DNA of 64,000 bases from an uncultured bacterium (GCA_963713855.1 OY970209.1:64001-128000), one strand, 5' to 3'. Positions 1 to 9,873 are shown, counted from the first letter of the stretch. Made by a program: numbers and translations. Notes: generated from the sequence alone by a model not told the origin.

Positions 1-183
1 TTGACAACTACTTGAAACCTCTTTGCAGCCCTCAGTCGCCTCGTTACGGCTTTCTGATGACTCAGATTGATCTTTATACATAAAAAAGCACCTCTTTCAA
101 CCTTCTATCTTATTTTTTTTAGCTTAACGTATTGTCGAAAAAAGAGCCATATGGTATAACAAAGATCTTAACCGGAGAACACA

Positions 184-1350
184 ATGCATAAACATCACCT
201 AAAAAAAGCTTTTGCAATCATCCTATCTTTGATACTAGGAAGCGCAAATTATGCTGCCGGATATGCAAACGGCAGGTTTTTTAGGGCAAGATGCTTTCAA
301 GATGAACCCGAAATACCACCTGAAGGATTTTTAAGGACCGTTACCAAGTTTTATCAAACTTCTACGGATACTGCTTTTAACAGCAACGGTAAAAAAGTTC
401 CCCTACTTGCGCTTTATGGACCCGAAACAAGTCCAACCGGTGAATGTAAAAACCTTTTTTTAGATGGGCATTTTTCTTTCTTTGAAACGCAATTTGAAAC
501 CTATTATACTTTTGGCAAGGGATTTTTTGTCCATACGTTTCTCCCTTATTTTTCCGCGCACATAACCGATATTATGCCCTCAAGTTCCTCTGAAAGCTGT
601 AGAGAGGCTTTTGAAGATTTACAAAATACGATTGCAAAAAAGGGCATTACCTTTGAAGCAAGCGATAGGAAAGGAATTGGTGACTTTATCCTTTTTGGGG
701 GTTGGCAAGGAAAAAACTACGACCTATCAATGGTCGATTTCTTAACCGCCCAACTTCAAATTGGTATCCTCTTTCCCACCGCAAAAAGATGCAACATGGG
801 TGAGACGTGCGCGCTCATACCTTTTGGATTTGAACGTACGTGGGCTATCCCAATCGTCACTAACGGTGCTGTGGGCTTTTTGGACTGGCTTACTTTTGGT
901 ATACGTACTGAAACGCTTTTCTTCTTTCCAAGGACAAAGTCAATTGGCATTCGCACTAACGCTTTACAAACCGGCATTTTAAGACTGACGCAGGATCCTC
1001 ATGCACGAATTAAAGAAGGAACACTTTTTGACGTGAGCATATACCTTAAAGCTGACCATTTTATGAAAGGGTTCTCTCTAGCAATAGAATTTACCCACGA
1101 GCACAAGCTTCGCACTAAAATAAGCCCATCAATTCGTGTAGATCCAGCGGCCGTTAACAGCGATCCAATCTTTGCTGGCTGGACGATGAATATATTCCAT
1201 ATCAATGCCGAATATGATTGGTCTAATGAGGATAATCCCTATGGGCCGATTATCGCTTTCAATTACAACTACATCTTAAGCGGTAAACGCATTTTCAATG
1301 CTTCAACATCGGTAGGGAAATTTGAGTTAAGGCTTAGATTCGATTTTTAA
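184..1350 (+). CDS. Secreted hypothetical protein, possible outer-membrane beta-barrel
   Basis: 388 aa ORF, N-terminal signal-like segment, alternating aromatic/hydrophobic strands, C-terminal Phe (LRLRFDF). Confidence 0.6.
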   Translation: MHKHHLKKAFAIILSLILGSANYAAGYANGRFFRARCFQDEPEIPPEGFLRTVTKFYQTSTDTAFNSNGKKVPLLALYGPETSPTGECKNLFLDGHFSFFETQFETYYTFGKGFFVHTFLPYFSAHITDIMPSSSSESCREAFEDLQNTIAKKGITFEASDRKGIGDFILFGGWQGKNYDLSMVDFLTAQLQIGILFPTAKRCNMGETCALIPFGFERTWAIPIVTNGAVGFLDWLTFGIRTETLFFFPRTKSIGIRTNALQTGILRLTQDPHARIKEGTLFDVSIYLKADHFMKGFSLAIEFTHEHKLRTKISPSIRVDPAAVNSDPIFAGWTMNIFHINAEYDWSNEDNPYGPIIAFNYNYILSGKRIFNASTSVGKFELRLRFDF

Positions 1351-1357
1351 GAAAAAC

Positions 1358-1666
1358 AGGGAAGGATACGCCTACGCGGCATCATAAGAGTCATAGTATT
1401 GACTCTTATGAAAGGGCTCATAAGCCTGGACTCAGGCTTTATGACCCTTGACCCACACCCTGCTTAAACTTTTTATGGTTGTTTAATATACCAGAAAGGG
1501 AACCCTTTCTGGTATATGTGCCTAATGAGATAGACCGGTTTTTCCGGTCTATCTCATACACTATAAGTATGTAAGGAGCAAAACAAGAAACAGGTGCAGG
1601 ACGATGTCCTGCCGCTCGACGCGTAGTCGCCTATTTCTCTTTGGCTTACTTAGGAACTCTACCTAG
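1358..1666. repeat. Multi-hairpin dispersed element, copy 1 (MITE/REP-like or structured ncRNA)
   Basis: Stems 1382-1393/1400-1411, 1412-1428/1433-1449 (two bulges), 1486-1500/1503-1517, 1525-1538/1544-1557, 1596-1602/1606-1612; closing IR ctacgcg 1372-1378 / cgcgtag 1620-1626; close homologue at 32123-32397. Confidence 0.9.
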
Positions 1667-2163
1667 AAAGGAAGCTCATCCTCAAAATCTTTAAAAGGTG
1701 GCTCGTCTTTAAACATGTTTGAGCCTGAAGCACTCTCGGTTTTTGGGGCTTGCGGTGCACGACGTGCTCCTGTATTGAAGTCAGAAGGTGCATCTTCCGA
1801 AGAAGCACCTTCGCTCGCCGTATCAGTGGTTTGTTGAGACCCAACAAAAACAACACTTTCTGCAACAATGGTATATCTATTGCGTGGCTGACCATCTGCT
1901 TCTTTCCATGAGTCTTGCTTAAGGCGACCTTCTACAAGAACCTGACGGCCTTTACGAAGATGTTGGGTACAAATATCAGCTAAAGCTCCCCACACTGCTA
2001 CATCGATAAAGCAAACGTCTTGAACCATGGCTCCCGCTTTGTTCTTAAAGCGCCTGCTTGATGCAATTGCAAAGTTGCATACCGATTGACCCATATCGAG
2101 CTTTTTAAGCTCTGGATCGCGGGTTAAATTGCCCATCATAATGATTTTGTTAAAGTTGGCCAT
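1663..2163 (-). CDS. ssb: Single-stranded DNA-binding protein
   Basis: NKIIMMGNLTRDPEL, VEGRLKQDSW, acidic tail ending DELPF. Confidence 0.97.
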   Translation of the reverse strand: MANFNKIIMMGNLTRDPELKKLDMGQSVCNFAIASSRRFKNKAGAMVQDVCFIDVAVWGALADICTQHLRKGRQVLVEGRLKQDSWKEADGQPRNRYTIVAESVVFVGSQQTTDTASEGASSEDAPSDFNTGARRAPQAPKTESASGSNMFKDEPPFKDFEDELPF

Positions 2164-2237
2164 TCTGCTCCTTCGGCAAGTAAAAGCTTTGCTTACATGT
2201 CTATAAAAAAGTCGCTTAGGTTAGACTACCAAAAAGG

Positions 2238-2669
2238 TTAACTTTTGCAACTTTGTATATTAGATTTTGATTCAGCTTTATGCTCTTCTGATCGCGTTAT
2301 TGACGCGCACAATTTTACGAGTTCCTCACATCGAAGTTGTGTAGCATTACGCGCATTTTGAAGTTTCTCGTTATAGTACTCTTTTTCGTTTTTTAGAGCT
2401 TTCATAGAAGCACTATCAGACTTTCCCTCGGCAAGCGCACGCGCAGCGTCCATCACTTTATGGAGCGTTGAACCAAGTAATTCTATTTCAGTCGAGAGCT
2501 CATGCGCTAAAGCTTCAAAAGATTCTATTCCTAACTTTCGAGCCTCTGACATAGAAAAACGTTCAGGTTTTTGCGTCTTTTTTTCTATAAAAGCGTTTTG
2601 ACCATACGCACATATAACAACCGACATTACGAAGAATAAAGCCACAGTGACTTTTTTAGCACATACCAT
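2238..2669 (-). CDS. Secreted hypothetical coiled-coil protein
   Basis: 143 aa ORF with signal-like N-terminus, overlaps the end of pgsA. Confidence 0.6.
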   Translation of the reverse strand: MVCAKKVTVALFFVMSVVICAYGQNAFIEKKTQKPERFSMSEARKLGIESFEALAHELSTEIELLGSTLHKVMDAARALAEGKSDSASMKALKNEKEYYNEKLQNARNATQLRCEELVKLCASITRSEEHKAESKSNIQSCKS

Positions 2670-3226
2670 AAACGCGTTCCTTTAAGTCCTTTATAAAGAT
2701 AGTGGCCCAATGCGAGAGCATTAAACCAAAAAATAAGAAAATGCATGCATGCATTAAGCCAAAGCGTACTATGGTTAGCATAAAGTGAAAGAAGAAACCA
2801 AAAAACGCTCACCGTTTGCAAAAGCATAGCGCTTTTACCAAGCCAGCTTGGTTGTACTGTCGCAGCCTCGTTTGTATAGACAAGTCCTATACTTGTAATA
2901 ATAAGAACAAGTTCCTTGAAAATGAGAAACAGAAGAAGCCATAGAGGTAATGCTATCAGAGAGGCACACACCTTAATAAGTGCACCATAGCACGAAAGAA
3001 TAAGTATTTTGTCAGCCAAAGGGTCTAAATAAGTGCCCAAGAGCGTTTCTTCATCAAAGAGCCTCGCGCACGCGCCATCGAGCACATCAGTCAAAGCGGC
3101 AAAAATGAATAAGCAAGCCGCAGCATCCCATACAGCTGAAAGTATACATATAACAATGGCCGGTGCCAGCAAAATACGTGTTAATGTAAGCGCTGTCGAG
3201 AGCGTTAAATTAGCTTTTATAGTCAT
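2627..3226 (-). CDS. pgsA: CDP-alcohol phosphatidyltransferase (PgsA family)
   Basis: LTLTRI and TDVLDGACAR...LGTYLDPLADK motif; start placed at MTIKANL. Confidence 0.88.
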   Translation of the reverse strand: MTIKANLTLSTALTLTRILLAPAIVICILSAVWDAAACLFIFAALTDVLDGACARLFDEETLLGTYLDPLADKILILSCYGALIKVCASLIALPLWLLLFLIFKELVLIITSIGLVYTNEAATVQPSWLGKSAMLLQTVSVFWFLLSLYANHSTLWLNACMHFLIFWFNALALGHYLYKGLKGTRLWYVLKKSLWLYSS

Positions 3227-3290
3227 TCCCCACCTAAAGCCTTGGTTTGAACTACCATACCATACCAGCACACAATTGCACAGAAGTTTT

Positions 3291-4403
3291 TCAAAAACTC
3301 CCTTCCTTGATCACTCCACCACCCATACAACGCATGCCATCGTAAAAAACGGCAAATTGCCCCTCAGAAATCCCCTGATCCCTTTCATCCAACACGAGAG
3401 CAAGGTCACTTATTGAATGTTCAATGCGCCCAAGTGTACCTCTTTGAATGTGCGGCCCATGTCTCATTTTAACGCCTACGCAAGCAGGTAGTGTGGGTGC
3501 ACCAGGTATCCAATTAACGTCTTTTACGACAAGGTTTTTACGCTCTTTTTCAGGACTATAGTACTGCTTTGAGATATACACAGTATTTGATGAAGAATCC
3601 TTTAAAACAACATACCAGGGACCACCACTAAGGCGAATACCTTGGCGTTGGCCAATCGTATAATACCAAAAGCCCTCGTGTTCACCTAAATGTTTACCCG
3701 TTTCATATTCGAGCAACATCCCTTTTTGTACACCGACGTGATAGCGAATAAAATCGCTAAATTTTATTTTTCCCAAAAAGCAAATCCCTTGGCTATCCTT
3801 GCGGTCTTTGTTAGGCAAATTAAGCTCGCGAGCTTTTTCTCGTACCTGCGTTTTTGTCATATGCCCAATGGGAAAGAATGCGCGAGCAAGCTGTGTTTGG
3901 GACAGATAAGAAAGAAAATAGGTTTGATCCTTAAGATCATCCGGCGAGCGGTAGAGCTTATAATCGGTTCCTTCTTTTAGTACCTGCGCATAGTGCCCTG
4001 TTGCAATTTTTTCAAACCCTAAACCAAGTACGCGCTCAAAAGCACCAAATTTGATCCTTTGATTGCACATAATGTCAGGATTTGGCGTACGACCTGATTT
4101 GATCTCCGAAAGAACGTACGACACAACGTCTTGCCAATATTCCCTTTGCAAAGAGACCACTTCAAGAGGGACTTTTGCTTGATCACAAACGGCTTTTACA
4201 TACGATAGATCTTCTTGCCAGGGACAGTTTCCTAAATGGGAAAGCTCGTCTTCAAGCCAGATTTTAAGATAAAAAGCTGTTACTTCATGGCCCTGTTCTT
4301 GGAGGCTGCGTAAAGCAACTGCACTGTCAACGCCACCCGAGACTAAGACAGCACACCGTGTAGGAGGGTAAAGGGTATTTTCTCTATTCATACGCACCGC
4401 CAA
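3291..4403 (-). CDS. mnmA: tRNA-specific 2-thiouridylase
   Basis: SGGVDS, TPNPDIMCN, ATGHY, KDQTYFL, DSQGICF, YTIGQR. Confidence 0.97.
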   Translation of the reverse strand: MAVRMNRENTLYPPTRCAVLVSGGVDSAVALRSLQEQGHEVTAFYLKIWLEDELSHLGNCPWQEDLSYVKAVCDQAKVPLEVVSLQREYWQDVVSYVLSEIKSGRTPNPDIMCNQRIKFGAFERVLGLGFEKIATGHYAQVLKEGTDYKLYRSPDDLKDQTYFLSYLSQTQLARAFFPIGHMTKTQVREKARELNLPNKDRKDSQGICFLGKIKFSDFIRYHVGVQKGMLLEYETGKHLGEHEGFWYYTIGQRQGIRLSGGPWYVVLKDSSSNTVYISKQYYSPEKERKNLVVKDVNWIPGAPTLPACVGVKMRHGPHIQRGTLGRIEHSISDLALVLDERDQGISEGQFAVFYDGMRCMGGGVIKEGSF

Positions 4404-4496
4404 TACAATTTCCTCAGTTTTAATAAATTATAGTACAATCTTGATTTATTTGCTATGCTCTAATCTGTAAAAATCATGATAGAACTTTTGATATTT

Positions 4497-4582
4497 CCCC
4501 GCCGGGCTTACTAACCCTTTGCTGTGCATGAACCTCCCATTATGCACAAACAGCCGATATGCTGCCGGCGGGGCATCTTTTT
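4497..4582. ncRNA. Candidate structured RNA or attenuator in the mnmA-argS divergent spacer
   Basis: ccccgccgg 4497-4505 / ccggcgggg 4565-4573 encloses tgtgcat 4523-4529 / atgcaca 4542-4548; T-run follows. Confidence 0.35.
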
Positions 4583-4661
4583 GTAAAATGCTATATAAAG
4601 CTCAGCACTTTGGTATACTATCGCTATATCTTTTGCCAAAATCTAAAGGACTATTCTCTTT

Positions 4662-6314
4662 ATGAACACGCTTGAGTCGATTCAACGTACTGTGTATGAG
4701 CAGATTAATAAGGCCTACCCTTTACATCCCGATACCGCTTCATTAATTACGCTTTCTTTGACTACCGATGCTACAAAGCATGCTTTTGGGGATCTTACCA
4801 GTAACGCTGCTCTCGTTCTTGCTCAATCATTACAAAAAAGTCCAAGAACTATCGCCGAGACTCTCAAAGCACAGTTATCTAGCTCTTTATTTGAGCGCGT
4901 TGAGATAGCAGGTCCGGGCTTTATCAATATTACCCTCTCACTTTCGGTTTTGCAAAAAATCCTTGAAGAGTTGATGGGCCTACAAGATCAATTTTTCAAG
5001 CTTTCAGCAACTGACTGCAAGCTTTCTTACTCGATCGAGTTTGTAAGTGCAAATCCAACCGGTCCTTTACATCTCGGTCACGGTCGCGGAGGTATTCTGG
5101 GCGATGTCTTAGGCAACATTTTACGGTTTTTAGGACACACGGCCGTTAAAGAGTTTTATATTAATGATGCAGGCTCACAAATTAAAAAGCTGGGGCTTTC
5201 ATTTCTCGCCCGTAGCCAACAAGCTGTAGGTATTGACGCAAAGGTACCCGAAGATGGCTACCATGGGCATTATCTTGTTGACCTTGCAGAGCAACTTGTA
5301 GCTCAAGAAGGAAAAAAAGTACTGGAAAAGCCCTTAACTTTTTTTGAAGACTACTCAAAAAATGCACTTTTACAGGATGCACGAACAACGCTCGAAAAAT
5401 ATGGCATTCACTTTGACGTCTGGTTTTCTGAAAAAAGCCTTTTTAATAGTGGTGCCATTCAAAAATCCCTCGAGTTTCTGACAAGTAGAGGGTATACCTA
5501 TAAAGCGGAAGATGCTCTTTGGTTTGCGTCAACCCGATTTGGCGATGATAAAGACCGCGTCTTAAAAAAAAGAAACGACGAATACACCTATGTAGCATCA
5601 GATGTCGCTTACTTACAGGAAAAAAAAGCACGTGGGGCCGATCGGCTTATCATTGTGCTTGGCCAAGATCACCACAGCTACGTGGTAAGACTAAAAGCCA
5701 TTATGGAAGCGCTTGGCTACGCGCCCGGTGACCTTGACGTCATTCTTTATCAACTAGTAACGATTAAAGAAACAGGTCAGAATATTCGTATGTCTAAGCG
5801 AGCTGGCCGCATAGTTTCACTCGAGGATGTGATTGATACGGTGGGCACAGACGTGGCGCGCTTTTTTTATCTTCACCGAAAAGCTGATGCTCACTTAGAA
5901 TTTGATATTGACCTTGCTCTTAAAAAGACTGAAGAAAACCCGGTATACTACCTACAGTATGCGTACGTTCGAATAGGCAGTATTTTAGAAAAAGCCGTCA
6001 AGCATCCCGAGCTTGAAAACATAACCAATGCGGATGTACAAGCAATTGGGGTTGAAGAAAAGCTCCTTATTAAAAAAATAATATACTTACGAGAACTCCT
6101 AAAAAATATCGGCTTTAACTACCAAATACATTTACTAACTTATTATGCTGTGGAACTTGCACAGCTTTTTCATCGCTATTACAACGACCACCGCGTCATC
6201 GATCTTGAAAATCCTCAAAAAAGCAGGGCACGAATCGCTTTATTAACGGTCTTGCGTTCAACCTTGAAACTCTGTTTTAAGCTACTTGAGATAAGCGCTC
6301 CCGAACGCATGTAA
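4662..6314 (+). CDS. argS: Arginine-tRNA ligase
   Basis: EFVSANPTGPLHLGHGR, MSKRAG, NPVYYLQYAYVR, C-terminal APERM. Confidence 0.97.
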   Translation: MNTLESIQRTVYEQINKAYPLHPDTASLITLSLTTDATKHAFGDLTSNAALVLAQSLQKSPRTIAETLKAQLSSSLFERVEIAGPGFINITLSLSVLQKILEELMGLQDQFFKLSATDCKLSYSIEFVSANPTGPLHLGHGRGGILGDVLGNILRFLGHTAVKEFYINDAGSQIKKLGLSFLARSQQAVGIDAKVPEDGYHGHYLVDLAEQLVAQEGKKVLEKPLTFFEDYSKNALLQDARTTLEKYGIHFDVWFSEKSLFNSGAIQKSLEFLTSRGYTYKAEDALWFASTRFGDDKDRVLKKRNDEYTYVASDVAYLQEKKARGADRLIIVLGQDHHSYVVRLKAIMEALGYAPGDLDVILYQLVTIKETGQNIRMSKRAGRIVSLEDVIDTVGTDVARFFYLHRKADAHLEFDIDLALKKTEENPVYYLQYAYVRIGSILEKAVKHPELENITNADVQAIGVEEKLLIKKIIYLRELLKNIGFNYQIHLLTYYAVELAQLFHRYYNDHRVIDLENPQKSRARIALLTVLRSTLKLCFKLLEISAPERM

Positions 6315-6379
6315 TTTAATAAAGCGGCTATTCTTTGATGTTCTTAATTTTAAGCGTTAGCACGTTAATATCTGAGCAA

Positions 6380-7531
6380 TTAGATTGGCTTATGCTGGAT
6401 AGGTTGAAACAGAAAACCAACGATAAGCGCAATAAGCTCGGGCGGAATCACTCTTGAAAGACTTTCGGCGGTGCCTTCAAAAGTCAAAGTAGGTCTTCTA
6501 ATACCAGAGGCTTGTACCCTAGCAGCTCCCTCAAGCATTTCTAGTATTCTTCTCAAAGAAAATCTATGATCATCTGACATCGATGCACGCGAGGCTAAAA
6601 GTTCACGCACATGCTCTCCGGATCTTGCTAAAGGTAAATTTGGTGCCTCACCGACGACGAAAGCTCTTTCTAGAATAAAAGATACGATAGGGTCATGGCC
6701 CATTGTCGAAGACCAGTAAAGAGCATTCTCGACAATCCTAATAAAGCTTTCATAGCTCAAAATACGATTCAGGAGCCTTGTTCGCAAAGCATCATATAGT
6801 TTATCAAATAAAACACTGTTTCCAGTAGCTGCAGCAGTCTCCAGAGCACCTTTCCAGCCATTCTCATCGATACCTGCAGAGTCATTTTCAAGCACGAATG
6901 CTACAAGTTCTTCTTGACCAAGTGCTATCATAAGAAAAAATGCTCGATTGAATATATCTTGATCAAATTCATTCTGAGAAATCAACTCCATTAAAAGGTC
7001 TTTTGCCTCTTGAATATTATTTGTCAAGATACTGTACAAAACAGGCTCATTTTTAAAGACTTCCATATTTTTTATATCAGATACATGAGCACCATGTGCT
7101 AAAAGCCATTCCACAACACGAATATTCGCCACCCGTGCAGCGATACGAACGGGTGTACCGCCAAAACGAGCGGCGGCATTCAGGCCGGCACCGAACTCGA
7201 CGAGCAATGACACTAAAGGCACATCGTCAAGACGAGCAGCAGCTAAATGAAGAGGCCTACTACCATGCTTATCAGATATATTTATGTCACCATCATAACG
7301 AACAAACAATCTAATAAGTTCTCTAAATCCTTTGCGAGCAGCGGTATGCATTGGCGTATACCCAAGACGTGATAGAGCAGTCAATTTGGCTGAACTTTTA
7401 AGAGCTTTTTCAGCTTCTTCGATCTTTCCAGACTCAGCGGCCTCTAAAAGACTTTTTGTAACATCATTTGCAATAAGACCAGTTACAAAACCAATACTAA
7501 CTAAAAATAAAATAGCACGCTTATATGACAT
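6380..7531 (-). CDS. Secreted ankyrin-repeat protein with C-terminal F-box-like motif
   Basis: Signal peptide; GYTPMHTAA, GSRPLHLAA, GGTPVRIAA repeats; terminal IPPELIALIVGFL. Confidence 0.8.
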   Translation of the reverse strand: MSYKRAILFLVSIGFVTGLIANDVTKSLLEAAESGKIEEAEKALKSSAKLTALSRLGYTPMHTAARKGFRELIRLFVRYDGDINISDKHGSRPLHLAAARLDDVPLVSLLVEFGAGLNAAARFGGTPVRIAARVANIRVVEWLLAHGAHVSDIKNMEVFKNEPVLYSILTNNIQEAKDLLMELISQNEFDQDIFNRAFFLMIALGQEELVAFVLENDSAGIDENGWKGALETAAATGNSVLFDKLYDALRTRLLNRILSYESFIRIVENALYWSSTMGHDPIVSFILERAFVVGEAPNLPLARSGEHVRELLASRASMSDDHRFSLRRILEMLEGAARVQASGIRRPTLTFEGTAESLSRVIPPELIALIVGFLFQPIQHKPI

Positions 7532-7552
7532 AATATGTTCCGTTTTTTTGCT

Positions 7553-7774
7553 TTAGCGTCGTTGAGCCCTTTGTAAAGCTGCAACAGCAATTTCGTGTCC
7601 CGGATCCCGCCATCTGACAACTTTTTTTCCTGCGGGACTAAGTCCATACTTAGCTTGCTCCTCTCTTTGTGCCATTTGTGAAGCTTTTGCTCCAGTTGCT
7701 GCACCGGAAGGCGCTTGGCCTCGAGCTATAACAGTTAATATAAGGCAAAAAGATAATGGTAATCCCCATTTCAT
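7553..7774 (-). CDS. Small secreted hypothetical protein
   Basis: AAGGAGA RBS before ATG, hydrophobic N-terminus. Confidence 0.55.
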   Translation of the reverse strand: MKWGLPLSFCLILTVIARGQAPSGAATGAKASQMAQREEQAKYGLSPAGKKVVRWRDPGHEIAVAALQRAQRR

Positions 7775-8045
7775 AGTATTCTCCTTGTGGGTTCTTCGCA
7801 TTATCTTAGCAAAAAAACCATTCAATTAGGAATAATTGCAGAAAAAATGAATGATGTCTTGACCAACCAAACAGTTTTCTTTCTTGGCCGGTCCTGAGTA
7901 TAGATAAATATATTCATATTGTAAATACTTTTCTGATAAGCTGGGAAAAATAGATAGGTACGTTTATTAAAATAATGGACGTTTTGAGAAAGCTATCTCT
8001 AACGCTTAAAGATAAAGGGCTGCTTTTAAAATTAAGGGAGACAGA

Positions 8046-8792
8046 ATGAAATATGTGCTATTAATTGCCTGCGGACTTGCTTTGGGATTTGCTTCAAGTA
8101 CAAAGCCTCAGGTGGAACAAGAATTTTTAAAGGGGGTTACACTTGTCTCACTTGCCAACTGGATAATGAACAGCATCTATGGTGCGGATGACAAAAGCAC
8201 CGATTACAAATTTAAAAGAGATAGCTTGTCCGTTATTTTAAAGGCCATGATAGATCCGGTATTTGAACACGAGTTACTAAATAAATCTTTATCAGTCACA
8301 GATCCCAGAAGATATGTCATCATGGCGCTGTTTCAGTCAGGTAAATTAGTTCCAAAAGCTCTTGATTTTGTCTCATCCATCACAGCACGACTCAATGATT
8401 GGTGGAAAAAAGCAAGCCAGCCCGAACACATACCTATTTTTAGAGAAGATGATGTGAGCACGTGGACTGAAAAAGAAGAGGAGTGTCCAGCTGAGGACTC
8501 CTATTGGGATAAAATTAAGAATGCTTTTTATACCATCGCCTCTCCCCTTGCTTCAATTGCAGTCGCTTGTTTGGTGAATTACGTCGTCTACAAAATCGTC
8601 TATGAATTGGGACGAAAAGCGGCAAACGTTCCCCAAAACCAATGGGTTGACTTGGGCATCAAACTAGCTGCTCAGGAATCAGGTGTTGGAGGAAGCACCT
8701 ACCTCACTGACTGGTTTAAAACCGTTGTTGGGGATATCTTTAGTATCGAAAACAGCCCTCAATTTAGTGGGACGCCTTTGCACTCTCTTTGA
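8046..8792 (+). CDS. Secreted hypothetical protein
   Basis: 248 aa, GGGAG RBS, signal peptide, one internal hydrophobic helix. Confidence 0.65.
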   Translation: MKYVLLIACGLALGFASSTKPQVEQEFLKGVTLVSLANWIMNSIYGADDKSTDYKFKRDSLSVILKAMIDPVFEHELLNKSLSVTDPRRYVIMALFQSGKLVPKALDFVSSITARLNDWWKKASQPEHIPIFREDDVSTWTEKEEECPAEDSYWDKIKNAFYTIASPLASIAVACLVNYVVYKIVYELGRKAANVPQNQWVDLGIKLAAQESGVGGSTYLTDWFKTVVGDIFSIENSPQFSGTPLHSL

Positions 8793-8885
8793 AACATTTA
8801 GCAGCCATTAAAAGCGTAATGTTCTTGATTATTTTGTTACTAATATGATATGTTAAACAAAATGTGGTTAAAAAAAGGTAAAGAT

Positions 8886-9755
8886 ATGAAGAAAATAAAA
8901 TTTCTTATAGTATTGATCTTATTAACGAGAAGCTATCTCCTTCAGGCGGCTGGCCCAGTAACCCATGCAATTTTAGGAGAAATGTGGTTAGATAAGTGCG
9001 GGACACGGTACACTCAAAATGAGCGTAAACTGTTTTTAATTGGCACGCTTTATCCAGATATAAGGTATCTGGCAGCGCTGTCACGTGAAGCTACGCACCT
9101 ATCAAGCGTATCTCTCGAAGACATTGAAAAGCAAACTGATCCCTTTACAGCAGGAAGCATGTTCCACTCGTGGGTCGATAACGCGCGAGAATACTATCTT
9201 AAAAGCAGGAAGAGCACATTGCTTCCACTACTTAAAGGGGTAAGCTCTATGCTTTCTTCAAATTACCTCAAATGGCTTGAAGATGAGATTTATTTCCCAA
9301 TGCAATCCTTTAGTGAAGTTGCTGAAGACCTTAAAACTGTACGCGAAGGCCAACTAAAAGGCGGGGTCGGTGATAAAGTTATTCGTGAATGGAATAACAT
9401 CTTGATCGAGCAATTAACCTATTCACCAAGCACTTTCTTTGAAAGAATGAGTAAAAAGGAAGATGGGCGCTTTTTTGAGCTTTCGCCAAACACTGTAAAA
9501 CAGTGGTCTTTAAGCCTTAAGCAGTACGCTCAAGATCATACATTTAAAGACTATGCTCGGGATCTTCTTACCTTCTTCGAAGAACAAATGAGTGATTGCA
9601 AAAGCCTCAAAACGTATCCTTTTGAAGCTGGCTCAGAAACGCCTGCAAGCATAAAATATTGGGTCAAACTTATAAAAAGACTTGGACGAGACCAGGTTTG
9701 GCCTTACCTCCCTCAAGCAGCCAAAGACTATCTTTTAGATGCTGGCTGGATATAA
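8886..9755 (+). CDS. Secreted protein, possible zinc-dependent phospholipase C/P1 nuclease-like fold
   Basis: Signal peptide then AGPVTH, FLIGTLYPD, GSMFHSWVD motifs. Confidence 0.5.
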   Translation: MKKIKFLIVLILLTRSYLLQAAGPVTHAILGEMWLDKCGTRYTQNERKLFLIGTLYPDIRYLAALSREATHLSSVSLEDIEKQTDPFTAGSMFHSWVDNAREYYLKSRKSTLLPLLKGVSSMLSSNYLKWLEDEIYFPMQSFSEVAEDLKTVREGQLKGGVGDKVIREWNNILIEQLTYSPSTFFERMSKKEDGRFFELSPNTVKQWSLSLKQYAQDHTFKDYARDLLTFFEEQMSDCKSLKTYPFEAGSETPASIKYWVKLIKRLGRDQVWPYLPQAAKDYLLDAGWI

Positions 9756-9873
9756 AAGTCATTTAATTGAAGGGGGCTGCTCATCGCGCGGCCCTCAGAG
9801 CATTTTTGGGAAATTAGCATAAAGTATGTATACTTATTCTAGGTGTATCTTAACTTTATTCTAAGGACCGATC

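Noticed and set aside
1358..1666. CRISPR array or simple terminator reading of the hairpin cluster
   Set aside because: No repeat-spacer periodicity and no cas genes; five or six different stems without U-tracts, duplicated at a non-convergent locus
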